DNA of 64,000 nucleotides from Podarcis cretensis (lineage: Eukaryota), in the NCBI GenBank assembly GCA_951804945.1, contig OX638151.1, forward strand, positions 60,512,001-60,576,000, written 5' to 3'. The notes beneath the pieces were generated by a model. The model saw only the letters and a list, made by a program, of their open reading frames with translations, was not told the DNA's origin and ran no database searches. This document shows, piece after piece, positions 51,932 to 63,794 of this stretch. The translations under genes and the position numbers were made by a program. Numbering within the stretch: position 1 is the first letter of the stretch; every line of letters begins with the position of its first letter.

Positions 51932-52720
51932 CATAGAATCTTAGAGTTGGAAGGGATCTCAAGGGTCATCTAGTCCAATCCCTTGCAGTGCAGGAATCTC
52001 AGCTAAAGCATCCATGACAGATGGCCGTCCAGCCTCTGTTTAAAAACCTCCAAGGAAGGAGAGTCCACCATCTCTCTACTGTTGAACAGCTCTTGCTGTC
52101 AGAAAGCTTTTCCGAATGTTTATTTGGAATCTCCTTTCTTGTAACCTGAAGCCATTGGTTCAAGTCCTACCCTCCAGAGCAGGAGAAAACAAGCATGCTT
52201 CCTCCACCATGTGACACCCCTTAAGATATTTGAAAATGACTATCTTATACCCTCTGTCTCCTTTTTTACAGGCTAAATATACCTAGGTCCTTCAAGTGCT
52301 CCTCATAAGGTTTAGTTTCCAAACCCTTGATCATCTTGGGTGCCCCCCTCTGCACATGTTCCAGCTTGTCAACATCCATCTTAAATTGTAGTGCCCAGAA
52401 TTGGACACAGTATGTCAAGTATGGTCTGAGTAAGATCCTTTTCTCATGCACTGCTAGTAAGCCAGGTGCCCCCCCCCCGTCCTATTGAAATTCATTTTGT
52501 TAGCTTGTGCCCAGTTCTCCAATCTGTTAAAGCCATTTTGAATTTTGATTCTGCGGCATTAGCTACCCCTCCCAGTTTGATGTCATCTGCAAATTTGATG
52601 AGCATCCCCTCAATTCCTTCATCCTATAAAGATGTTGAACAACAACGGGCCCAGAGCAGAACCACTTGTCACTTTTTTCCAGGATGACGAGGAACCATAA
52701 ATGAGTACCTCTTGGGATTT
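51932..52720 (-). mobile_element. CR1 LINE 3' portion (internally deleted) in SHPRH intron 1
   Basis: ORF2 C-terminal peptide [13 protein letters not shown]...[33 protein letters not shown], the RT motif KFADD (TGTCATCTGCAAATTT at ~52581) and the CR1 tail GATTCTATG. Confidence 0.9.
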
Positions 52721-53304
52721 AGACTATATCTTGGGTGCATGGTCTCCATCCATTTGTAATCACATGCCTATTTTTAAATAACACCATTTCATAATTAACT
52801 AGTCTTATATTTCGAGATGAAGGGTACAGATCCACTGGTGAATTCACCCTTTAGAGATGGTAATGTTTTGAATTATATTTAGAATTAGAAAACAAATTTG
52901 GAGGGAAGAATATTTAACTTGTGAAAATATTGTTGTTGTAAGCATAAACTGATTAAGATATATTTACTTTTTACTCAGGACTTACATTTTAGATATAATT
53001 TTGACAAGTGTTGTGGCTCCTTCACATGCTACTATTTATCATTCTTGCCTTGAAACCATTTGCAGTTAGAGATTAAACCACAGTTTCTGATCAAACCCCA
53101 GAATATTTTTTCGTGGGTGGGTGAGAGAGAGAGAGAGGAGATGGGACACAGCACTCATTCTCTGTTCAATAAACTATGGATTCTTACCTATACATTTGGA
53201 TCAGCCTTTATTGTTAATAAACCAAAGTATACTAATCCATGCAGAAACGTAAATGGATGTCAATCTGTATTACAGAGATTAAACACTGCTAGTGAAACAT
53301 AAAA

Positions 53305-53931
53305 ATGAGTGGCCGTCGAAAGCGTGCTCCTCCATCGAGGATGAATGATGAGAAAAAGAAGCAGCTCTGCTGGAATATGCATGATGACTGTAAAAATGAA
53401 GTGATAGATTTGGATGCAGTGGATGAAGACCAACCTCTTGCAGGTACAAGCTCATCTTTTACAACAGATGTTGTTATAAATGATGATAGCACTGATGAAG
53501 TTTCGACGCTCAAAGTAAACAACCTAAAATCATTGAGCATTTCAACCATTTTGGATGAAGCAGAAGATTCCTGCCATCTCTTGACTTCTATATCCATACA
53601 GCTAAATATTGTGATATTTCCTTATATTTCTGATTCTAACTGGAAAACCTTACTTGGAGAGTTCATTCTGCAACCTCTTCCTGGTCAACAACTAAGTGAG
53701 AATGTCCATAAAAAGAGTTTTACATTGATGAGAGCAGAACCTTGTGATCATTTGCGAATCTGTATTCATGCAAAGAATGATGAGAGGGAAGAATCATTAC
53801 AGAACACTTACCAAGAAGTCGTGTTAGTTGAATCATCTTTAAATAATGAAATGTTAGAAGACTTGATGTGGCTGCAAAAGAAGAGAGTAATTGTACTTTG
53901 TCAAAGATCCGGAGATGGCCAGTGCTTAAAG
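53305..53931 (+). CDS. SHPRH: E3 ubiquitin ligase SHPRH, coding exon 1 (N-terminus)
   Basis: MSGRRKRAPP...KKKQLCWNMH...LEDLMWLQKKRVIVLCQR matches the SHPRH N-terminus. 627 nt, donor AAG|GTACTT, phase 0. Confidence 0.92.
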
Positions 53932-55027
53932 GTACTTGATTTACGTAATTAATAAGACTTCCTAACTGCTAAGAATAAGCCATTTATTTCGTACTTGGAA
54001 TTAACATATTACGTGAACATATTACATATTACAGCACCATAATATGATTCAAACAGTACCCTTTCTGTTTGATTTTCAGAGAATTGTCTCTATTTACATT
54101 AACAATATGGTCATGCATATTTACTCAGAATTAAATTCCATTTTCATTATGCACATAATCCTAAATATGTGTAGGATTGCAATGTAAGATTGGTCCAATG
54201 AATATTAAAAGTAACCCAAATGCTTGCCTGCAACATGAACATTATAGGTAGTTTTTTTGGTAAGATTTAGTTTAGCATATCCTAGTATCCAGGAAGCTGT
54301 AGTTTACATTATAATCAGGATTACATGTAGATTCCCCAATTTATGCTTGACTAAGGCTTACATCTGATGGACTTTGGGCTCCCACAGAGAGCATTGACAT
54401 TTCACACCTGAAGGTTTATGTTATTAGGGAAGTAGGATTATTTTCAGAGTTCTAAATGTCACTTATTTGCACTGTCTGCTATCTAGATTTTGGGCATAAT
54501 TCAAACAGCAGTTGGCTGAAGGATTTATTGGTTACAGTTTTTGACTAAGAGCTGAGAGACCAGGGTTCTAGCCATGAAGCTCACTAGGGGACCTTGGGGC
54601 AGTCGATGTCTCTCAGCCTAGCCTACTTCACAGGGTTGTTATAAGGATAAAATGGAGAGATGGAGAACCACTGAGCTTCTTGGAGGAAAGGTGGGACATA
54701 AAAGCAAGCAAGCAAAAAATAAAATAAGGAATCTGGGGATTGGGTAGACTGTTTTTCGTTGGGTATTGTTGCTTTGATCCATGGCTGTGCTTATGGGAAA
54801 ATAATTATAATGGAAAATCTAATAATGGATCTCCCACAAACATATCATTTGGTCCTTCAGCCACAAGTTGCCAAAGTGTTCACCTATTAAATTCAGTGGG
54901 GGGGGTTGCTCATGGGTAAGCAAGTTTAGAATTCCAGTTTAGTCACCAAAAAGCTTATGATCTTTTTCTCACATTTTTTCTCCTTTTCTTGCACGTTCCA
55001 AAATTCATCTAAAAATTACATTCACAG

Positions 55028-55157
55028 GTTGGAATGTATCTTCTTGAAGTTGGCTTAAGCAAGCTAGAATTCCTTAGTGATGGTGGTGGCAGAATAAAAA
55101 AAGCTAATCAACTTATTCAAAAACTGATGGAAAAATTCTACCACTTCATAATTCCAG
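55028..55157 (+). CDS. SHPRH: SHPRH coding exon 2
   Basis: ttcacag|GTT...CCAG|gtaatc; VGMYLLEVGLSKLEFLSDGGGRIKKANQLIQKLMEKFYHFIIP. 130 nt, phase 0 to 1. Absent from the ORF track. Confidence 0.9.
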
Positions 55158-56746
55158 GTAATCTCATTTGATAATATTGACACATATTAGTTATACCATT
55201 AAAACATATATATGAGTTTTGGAGGAAATGTTCTTATCTTGGTGTTACATTTAGGTGACCTTAATTTATCTTCTAAATACTGTTTCTGGAGTAAAGAAGG
55301 TTTTAGCTTCTCTTAATGTGTGGGAAGCAGAGCATAAATTATTTAAATCTGTCACATTTGTCGGTGACTTTTGATACTTGAGTAAACTGCACACATACAC
55401 AGAACATTCTCTGGTAGAGCAAAGTAACGGGACATACTTCATTCAGCTCAGGGGTGAGGTTTCTGGAGATAATAAAGAAATGAAATGCCTGCCAAATGAC
55501 ATAAAGGTATATGGAAACGTGGCCTAGAGTTGGGTGTGCCTTTATATAAAGAGCAGAATATGTATGATTCAGAATCATGTAGAAATATATCCCTATATGT
55601 CCTGCACTATCATTCAATTGTTGGTCTAGGACTCTAGGCAATACCTGTGCTGTGTTGGTCAAATCTATGCTAATAATATTTATTCATATGAAAATAAGCA
55701 ATAACTTTATTTGAAAGATAATGTTTTGACCTCCAGACTCTGTAGAGAACATCAGTCCGAACTACTGTACCCAAATGGTCAATGGTTGCACAATATTGCT
55801 AGAGATGTGTCATGTAAATTGGCATGATTTCTTTTGAAATTGGTGAAATTGTGCTGAGTAAATGAAACCGACAACTCTGTTTTGTGCATTTTTAGATGTC
55901 TATGTTTAGTTAAATATATGTATTATTGGCTCATAATGTGTAAAGTGCCCATAATGTGTAAAATAGTCACAATTCGCTTGTAGAGTTGAAAAAAAGTGAT
56001 GATTGAGTATAGTGAATCAATGCATAAGTTGCACATTATTACCAGTGGAGACCCGCACAGAATGGCAGAGGAGAGTGGAAGAAAAATAACTTGGCCTTGC
56101 ATTTTTAAATGTCTTTTGATTCTTCATTCTCTCCCTTCATCATCTGCTCAAGCCCTTACATGTTCCTCTTCCTTCTGCTCAACCCTATCCCTGTTCATAG
56201 TCACTCCACTTATTTTTCTTACTTTATACAGTGAGGGTGGGAAGTGGTTGGCTATTAAAGGATAGCATCTGGTTTTTTGCATCACAGCTGCTGCAAGAGG
56301 ATTTGTTCATCAGTAGCAAATTTAATCAACACATTAATTATAATATCACCTTCACTGTTCACCAAGTACAAGGAAAGTATTGTGAATGAAATCAAGATTT
56401 TGTTTTTAAAAATTGTGAACTGATGTTGGTACTGTAAGCTTTTTAAATAATGCAAATAAATTATAATTTCTTAAAACAAACTCAGTACTTTAAAAATTGT
56501 ATTCTGGCCAGTTCCTAGTATTATTTATTGGTCATGTGTTTGATCTTAAAAGAGAGCCAAGTTCTCTTCTTCCCTTCCAAGAACTATTTGGTATTGTACC
56601 TAAGATTGGGAACAACAAGGTACTGTATTAATATTTCTTAGTACAGGGATACTATTTTTACCCATTTGTTTTGTTACTTCATTGCAGTATGTTTAAGGTA
56701 TTGCAAACATTACTGACTGTGAATCAGTGCCATACGGTTCTTTTAG

Positions 56747-56965
56747 ATATTCTGGAGGAAGATGAGGAGGAATCCGATAGAGATATAGAGCGGCAAAATA
56801 TTGAAGAGCTTTATGACTTTGTGAGGCATACGCACCAAAAAGAAATTCAGTTTTTGAAGGAGAACGTACAGCACTCTGCACTGATTCCTGTATTGAGGCC
56901 ATACCAAACTGAGGCTGTAAACTGGATGCTGCAACGTGAGAACTTCAAAAATGTACCAACCAATG
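56747..56965 (+). CDS. SHPRH: SHPRH coding exon 3
   Basis: ttcttttag|AT; DILEEDEEE...LIPVLRPYQTEAVNWMLQRE (SNF2 Q motif LRPYQ). 219 nt, phase 1 to 1. Ends at a non-canonical donor AATG|GCAAGT. Confidence 0.88.
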
Positions 56966-58086
56966 GCAAGTATCTCGAAAAAGGCAACATAAATATATAT
57001 CTTGATTACAGTGATACTGATAGAAATTCATGATGATGTATTAGTTATAAGAAAGTCACACATCATTCCCCCCCCCTCAAGTAGCAAAAATTCAATGCCC
57101 TGCTTGTGTGAATAGAACTGCTTTCTGCTAAGGCAAAGTTGCCATTGAATACAACCCATTGTGCATCCTGACATGTTCATATTGCATACATCAGCACTTG
57201 GTTTATACACAACATAAGGGTTGTTTGTGTTTCTAACATAGCAGGTGTGGCATTAATGTGCATCACTTGGTTCAGAAGTGGCTAATTACGAATAGAACCC
57301 CCTTTAGGGAAATTTCATTCCCCCTCTCCCATATTTTTATTTTTGGCAATTTCCTTCCTAGTTATTGCTTATTTCCTTGATGCTGTAGGCAGGAAATGTA
57401 TGTAACCTGAATCTTAGATTTTTCTGTCTGGAATATAGTAGGTACTCCATGTAAATTTCCATTTAGGGCAACTGGGATCTGGGGATGGCTTAAATGCTGG
57501 AAACCTTATGAGCTCTGAGAATTAGTTTCTGTAGATTACCTGTGATTCATAGTTCCTTTTTAATTTGCACGATTATCTTGAGAAGGAATAAAATAGACCT
57601 ACCATAGCACACTAGCTAAGAGAGTAAGCTGTGGGTCAGAAAGTCTCTGGTTCATATCTAATCATGATCATAAACCCACTAGTTGGTCTTAGGCATGTAC
57701 TTGGACAAGTTGTCCTTCAAGCTTCTTGATCTGTAAAACTGGGCTTAATAATGCTGGTTTACTTTATGGGATTACTGTAAGGATTTGTGTACGTAAAACA
57801 CTATAAAGTACTAAGAGGTGGTGTTATCCAGATTTACAATCTGGTCATTTAAGGGTCTTGTAACTTATTTGTACTGGGTTCATTTAATCTTATAGAAGCT
57901 GAAGGGGCATTGGTCTGTAACAGAACATAGGGCTCGAGGGATTGTGGAATGATCAAATAAGATTCCTCGGAGCTTCAGTTTCTGTACTTTCAACTTTGAA
58001 GATAAGCGAAGAAGCAGTCAAAATAAATTTAAATCATATGAGTAGCATTTGTATGAATCTCATTGTTTTCTTCTTTCTCTCAGTAG

Positions 58087-58165
58087 AAAATGCACTCCAC
58101 TTCTTATGGAGAGAGTTTATTACTTTAGATGGACTAAAACTGTACTATAATCCTTTTACTGGCTG
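58087..58165 (+). CDS. SHPRH: SHPRH coding exon 4
   Basis: Tandem acceptor ttctctCAGTAG|; ENALHFLWREFITLDGLKLYYNPFTG. Donor CTG|gtaagg, phase 1 to 2. Confidence 0.9.
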
Positions 58166-58610
58166 GTAAGGATTATTGGTCTTATTATTACAGCCAAAGT
58201 GCATACAATTTAAGTAATTGTGTTTAATGCTATAAATATCACTCCAGCTCTTGTTTTATGAAAATGCCTTAATGTGACTATTTCCTAGATTTAAACAATA
58301 AGAAATTATATAAATATCTTTTGAATACTTCTGAAGATGAGAAAGGAAAATATGACAGAGATTGGGAAAGGAATTAAAACTGTTAGTGTGATTTCATAGA
58401 CCCATAGAATTGTAACTTGAAAGGGACTCTGAGGGTCATGTAGACCAACCCCCTGCAACACAGAAATCTCAACACATGGTTCCCCATCCAATTTGAAAGC
58501 ATATTGGATCCTGCTTCGTTTTGCAAATGAGCAGTTTTATTTAATTCTGTGCTTGATTGATAATGAAATATATATCGTTTCCTTTCTGTTCTTAAAAAAA
58601 TGTGTAGGTA

Positions 58611-58941
58611 CAGTGGTGCCCCGCAAGACGAACGCCTCGCAAGACGGAAAACCCGCTAGACAAAAGGGTTTTCCATTTTGGAGGCGCTTCGCAAAACGAA
58701 TTTCCCTATGGGCTTGCTTCGCAAGACGAAAATATCTTGCGAGTTCCTGCGGGCTTTTTTCCCCTTTTTTCCCCCTTTTCCTAAGCCGCTAAGCGCTTAT
58801 CAGCTGATCCGCTGATAAGCTGCTAATCCGCTAATAGCGCTAATCCGCTAAGCTGTCAATGGGCTTGCTTCGCAAGACGAAAAAACCGCTATACGAAGAG
58901 CCTCACGGAACGGATAAATTTCGTCTTGCGAGGCACCACTG
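58611..58941. mobile_element. Young Tc1/mariner (Tigger-like) MITE in an SHPRH intron
   Basis: 22-bp TIRs CAGTGGTGCC(C/T)CGCAAGACGAA with one mismatch, TA TSD, CpG-rich, internal GCAAGACG and CCGCTAA repeats. Confidence 0.9.
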
Positions 58942-59160
58942 TACTAGGATTAATGCAACTCTTATGATGGATTTTGTTATGTGTATATTTTAAATATTAG
59001 AGATTGGGTTGTCCACGATCCTTCTCCAAATGCACGTACTTCTAGAATGTTACCTACTTCAGAAAATGCCAATGTAGTCATTTACTTCTGTTAAATTTGT
59101 GATCAGAAATTATACATGCACATAACATGTTCTTAACTAGGATGAATCTTTGGTCTTCAG

Positions 59161-59311
59161 CATTATTCGTGAACGTCCAGTTGCTGGGCCTCAGTGGCCT
59201 GGAGGAATATTGGCAGATGAGATGGGCCTTGGAAAAACAGTAGAAGTATTGTCCCTTATCCTGACACACACTCGAAAGGATGTTAAACAGGATGCTCTGA
59301 TGTTACCTGAG
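59161..59311 (+). CDS. SHPRH: SHPRH coding exon 5 (SNF2 ATPase motif I / Walker A)
   Basis: tcttcag|C; [51 protein letters not shown]. Donor GAG|gtgaga, 151 nt, phase 2 to 0. Confidence 0.95.
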
Positions 59312-60680
59312 GTGAGACATTTGTAGTAGGTGTGGGAATGAAGCAAATGGTTCCAATACTCAAGAAGTGATTTGGTCCTTGCCGGGGTAGGTGGTGAGGG
59401 GAGAAGAGACCATTCTTGGTAGCAGAACATTGAACTAGGGGTTTATTAGAACTGCTCTTTTATGTTTATGTTCGTAATAAATTATTCATTTTTTTCATTT
59501 CCACAAGTCTTTAGTTTCATGTCCATCCATAATCAAATCCCATTTTATTAAAAATGGGGTGGGGGAGTTCTAAGGAGTTTAAGCATATCTATACAAAAAC
59601 AAACATGGGACTGGTTGCTTAACAGTGTATCTTCAGCATTAATAAATACAACTTTAAAATCTTTGTATAAATTGAGCAAGAATTTACCACTTAGTCTCAG
59701 ATTTATGTTGGACCAGATTGTATGCTTATTTTTCGACATACCTGATTTTTTTCGACTGAAGTCCTTACTATTATACAATAGATTACATGTTACCATCTAG
59801 AACCAAATGCCAAATTGGTCCAGAATTGAACCTCCTGAATTGAACAAATTGATATACAACCTACATAATCTGGTTGATCATAATAAATTTAGTATTAGAC
59901 AATTTTAGAAGATACCAGAAGCACCAAGTTTCACAGAAGAGGGTTCATGAAAGTCAGGAAAATTGTTTTTGTTGGCAAAATTTATGCACTTCTCCCAGGG
60001 CCAAGCAAAATATACAGCATTCACTAAGCTAAGCTTAATGAGAGATGATCTTTATTTGTAAATTACTAGAACAACAAATTCCAGGTCAATGTACAACCTT
60101 ATGTGTTTTTTTTCTATGTTTTGAAGACCTTGCCTCATACCTGTGCATTGCTGTAGCTCATATTCTATATACTAGGGCCAATCTGGTAAAAGCAAATTAA
60201 TATTTTCTCTGTGCCCAGTCAATTTATTATTAACTTTTTCTTTTACTATTTTATGTTGGTCATTATCAAACTCTCATTTTGTCCCATGATGTCGTTCCTT
60301 TTGTACAAAGACTTCTGCTTATCTGGTGGAATTTCCCCTCTTCTCTCCTCCTGCACACCACCAAATTTTTAAATACCTTTAAATATTAGTTTTTCACTTC
60401 AGCTGGGATATCTGTTTGATATCACCAATCTTAACCATATTTTTAGTGAATTGTCACTGTTTGCTATTGCATTGTCACAGCAAGCATTACATCCCCAGCC
60501 TTAGTTTTTCTATGTGTTTTCAAAACCAGAGAGTCAGTAGTTAATATTCAAATATTCTTGGCATGCTTGTTTAAGATACATTAATTGTTCGTCAGACTCA
60601 GTGATGCAAATGTTAATTTTGTGAAGCAGGTCAGCATGGTAGCTGAACATAAATCTGATATTGTTAAAATTATCTCTTAG

Positions 60681-60786
60681 GGTTTTTTGGTAAACTTCTT
60701 TGTTCCGCCTCAACCTAGTGAAGGAAGCAAAAAGAAAAGCATAAAGAAAATGGAACTTAAATTGAAGGAAAAAGTGCACTATCCTA
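60681..60786 (+). CDS. SHPRH: SHPRH coding exon 6
   Basis: tctcttag|GGT; GFLVNFFVPPQPSEGSKKKSIKKMELKLKEKVHYP. Donor CTA|gtaagt, 106 nt, phase 0 to 1. Confidence 0.85.
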
Positions 60787-61833
60787 GTAAGTGTTCTTCA
60801 GTAGGTTTAATTTGCCAGAAGCAATAATAAGAAATATGTACCATTCACAGTAGAGTTGGTACTGGGTCTAAAGGCTCCTTCCTGCAGAAACATCTAACTA
60901 GACTACTTTGAATTTGTAGTGGTAGAACTTTGTTGAAAACAAAATATTTAAAAGTCTTACAGCACAGCCAGGCCAATATTTATTTGCCATTATACACTAT
61001 GTGTATATACATTCTGCCTTTGTTTCCTACTATTCTTTGTACCAATTTGGTGCAACATATTTGCAGCTACATTTATTGCTACATAAAAATGATTGCAGAG
61101 ATTGATAATATAATATAAAATAACTGACAGATCAGTACTGCAGGACATATTTCAGATTTCTGTATATTACAGAAGAGCCAAAGTCCACATATTAGCATTG
61201 CACGTGTTACATTTTACTTTGATACACAGATGCAGACATGGTTCCCATATCAGTAGGGGGACTCATTCAGATGTCTCAAGCATACATTAGGGAACACTGT
61301 TGAGTAGTTGTTGAGGCTCGCATGAGATCGAAGGAAAAATGGGTTGTGGTCTTTCAAAATATATATATATATCTTTTAACATGAAAATCATTTGTAGCAT
61401 ATATGTAATGAATAAAGCATTTACTACCAAGCCCCCCAAATTTATCTTTATTTATTGAGTTTTTAGTATATGATAATGATGCTTTTCACATCAGGTCCTA
61501 AATTGATTGCATGCAATTGAATAATTATGTTTAAGGGTTTCCCCCAAAAAATTATTTTAAATACTGCAATAGGTTCCTTTGATTTTGTTAACTTTTCCTA
61601 ATAACTAGTTTTGCAGAATTGATTATAGATGAAAATTAATGTTACCTCAATAAATAAAGAATAGTCAGTGCTGCATTAGTATTGTATTGGATTTGAAATT
61701 GTCCATCACTTTGAGATATTTTTATAGAAAGTGATTCCTAAATAAATACATAAATACTGTTAAAATCTTAACATTATTTTGTGACCTCTTTTTGCACAAG
61801 TCCTTATCGTAGATATTTATGGCTTCACAATAG

Positions 61834-62090
61834 GTTTGCGAGTGATGCTCTTAACAGCTATAAAAGAAATGAATGTGAAGAAGGGAGCATCTATTGTGGC
61901 AATTTTTAAGTATGTCCATGCCATATACAAGTACGACACACACAGAAACCGTCGCATTCTTAAAAGGACTCTGGAAAAATTAATTGCAGAGAAGGTAGTG
62001 GAACAGGTCAAAGGTCATGGTCTTGCTGGTTCTTTCAAGCTGGGCAGAAACTACAAGGAACAGAAATTTTGTAATAAATTCAAAAAAGAG
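61834..62090 (+). CDS. SHPRH: SHPRH coding exon 7 (H15 linker-histone-like domain)
   Basis: LRVMLLTAIKEMNVKKGASIVAIFKYV...VEQVKGHGLAGSFKL, the H1/H5 globular-domain signature. Donor GAG|gtaacc, phase 1 to 0. The acceptor position is ambiguous (see findings). Confidence 0.9.
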
Positions 62091-62854
62091 GTAACCTGGG
62101 AGTTTTTTTTTTAATCCATGGAGGGAATAATTTCTGTTTAAGTGTTTTGATACATGTCCATTATAGTAGTTTTGGGAATGGGAGCAAATGAGAACAGATC
62201 AGCTAAGTCAGTTTGAACAAGAGTTGATAGAATTCAGGGAGTAATCGCTGTATAGGAAATCTTATCTGGATTTGCCATTGGATATTTTCCGCCATCTGCT
62301 TTAATGACAGTAGTCTCAAAAGTTGTTGTGAGATATCTTCATATCAATCCCTGAACATTTTAATGGGTTGAAATAATTGCATGTAATTTAGGCCAGGGAG
62401 AACTGGGTATGAACCCCAATGGCTGATAATGAGGATGAATGTACTTATAATGTGCAGTAGATCTCTTGGGTGTAATGCTATTACACTGTTTAATGAATTA
62501 CAGATGTGTTGCATTGTAGTTTGGGGTGTAGTTTTTCAGTGTTAAACTGCAGTGCTGAATTAGAGGACAAAAAGAACTGAAAATGTATAACGCACACATA
62601 TTTATATATATATTCCTATATGCATTAAAATGTAAGATGTCAACACTCTGCAATTTGCATGGCCACTGATAGGCAACCTATCAGTGAGCTGTTTATTGGA
62701 AGGGGTGGGGTGCTGTAGCAGAGTTTAATGGGGAAAGCCCTTCACACAGTAGTTGGTCAGGTAAGGGTTGAGATATAAAAGGGTGTTGGGGTTGGTTAGG
62801 TGTGTGGGAAGGGCAAAGGGGTTGGTGAACAGAGCAGGGGTGGCAACCCCTAGT

Positions 62855-62855
<1 letters not shown>

Positions 62856-62891
<36 letters not shown>
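62856..62891. repeat. (TG)n microsatellite
   Basis: Direct run. Confidence 0.95.
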
Positions 62892-62894
<3 letters not shown>

Positions 62895-63113
62895 CTTTGT
62901 TTGGAACTCCCTTTAAAAAGTCTTGTAAAAGTCTACTCAGTATCCTGAAAGTGTGTTTTGTTCCAAACATGCACAGAATGCAGCATGCACATTGGGACTT
63001 TTCCAGCTCCCCTTCCCTTGTGCCTCCATATCAAGTGTTTGATTTAATCCAGAGTGTTTTTATGAAGCTGAAAAAGCAAAATAAGTTTATTTTATTTTGT
63101 TTGTTTGTTTTAG

Positions 63114-63794
63114 AAAATAAAAACTTCAGCTAGGGTTCAGAAGAAAAATTCACCAGAAAATAAGAATGAAACCAAAGAATTGGGAGATGAGGGCACGTGC
63201 TATCCAAATGGTCTTAAACTATCTCAGGCAGTAGACATCACAGCAGAAGAGCATGATTACTGTACAAGAAGCAAAGATAATACAAAATCAGAAATGGATC
63301 CTAAGGGCTGGATAATGCAAGAAGATTCTCTGCATAGAACTTCTGACTTGCAAGAAAATAGGCCTATTTCAAAAAACAAAACGTATTCTACTGACATTTC
63401 TAAAAAAGATGATGAAGCTGAAGAGCAGCAAGACAACTCAGAAGGCCAGTCTCCAGCCTCTCAAGAACACACTAGCATTTTTGTACCACATCCTGGTTCT
63501 ATTTTTCCATTCAATACCTCTGATTATCGCTTTGAATGCATATGTGGTGAGCTTGGCTTGGTTGACTATAAGGCCCGTGTGCAGTGCCTGAACTGCCACC
63601 TGTGGCAGCATGCTGAGTGTGTGAACTACAAAGAAGAAAATCTAAAGATCAAGCCCTTTTACTGTCCCCATTGCCTTGTAGCAATGAAACCAGTTCCAAC
63701 AGGAGCTACTCTGATAATCTCTCCAAGTTCTATCTGCCACCAGTGGGTTGATGAGATTAACAGGCACGTGAGATCATCTTCTCTTCGAGTGTTG
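63114..63794 (+). CDS. SHPRH: SHPRH coding exon 8 (linker, PHD finger, ATPase motif Ia)
   Basis: tttgttttag|AAA; C4HC3 PHD finger FECICG...QCLNCHLWQHAECV...FYCPHC, then ATLIISPSSICHQWVDEI. Donor TTG|gtaaga, 681 nt, phase 0. Confidence 0.95.

Noticed and set aside
52266-52687. ORFs in SHPRH intron 1 as a gene or active retrotransposon
   Set aside because: Fragmented, deleted CR1 ORF2; not intact.
58780-58860. CRISPR-like or telomere-like short repeat array
   Set aside because: Irregular CCGCTAA units inside a MITE, with no spacer structure, in a vertebrate context.
59540-60120. Possible L1-type ORF2 remnant
   Set aside because: Only a vague compositional resemblance; too decayed to support without a profile search.
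61834-62090. Stand-alone histone H1 gene or pseudogene
   Set aside because: It splices in frame with the flanking SHPRH exons, and H15 is a known SHPRH domain.
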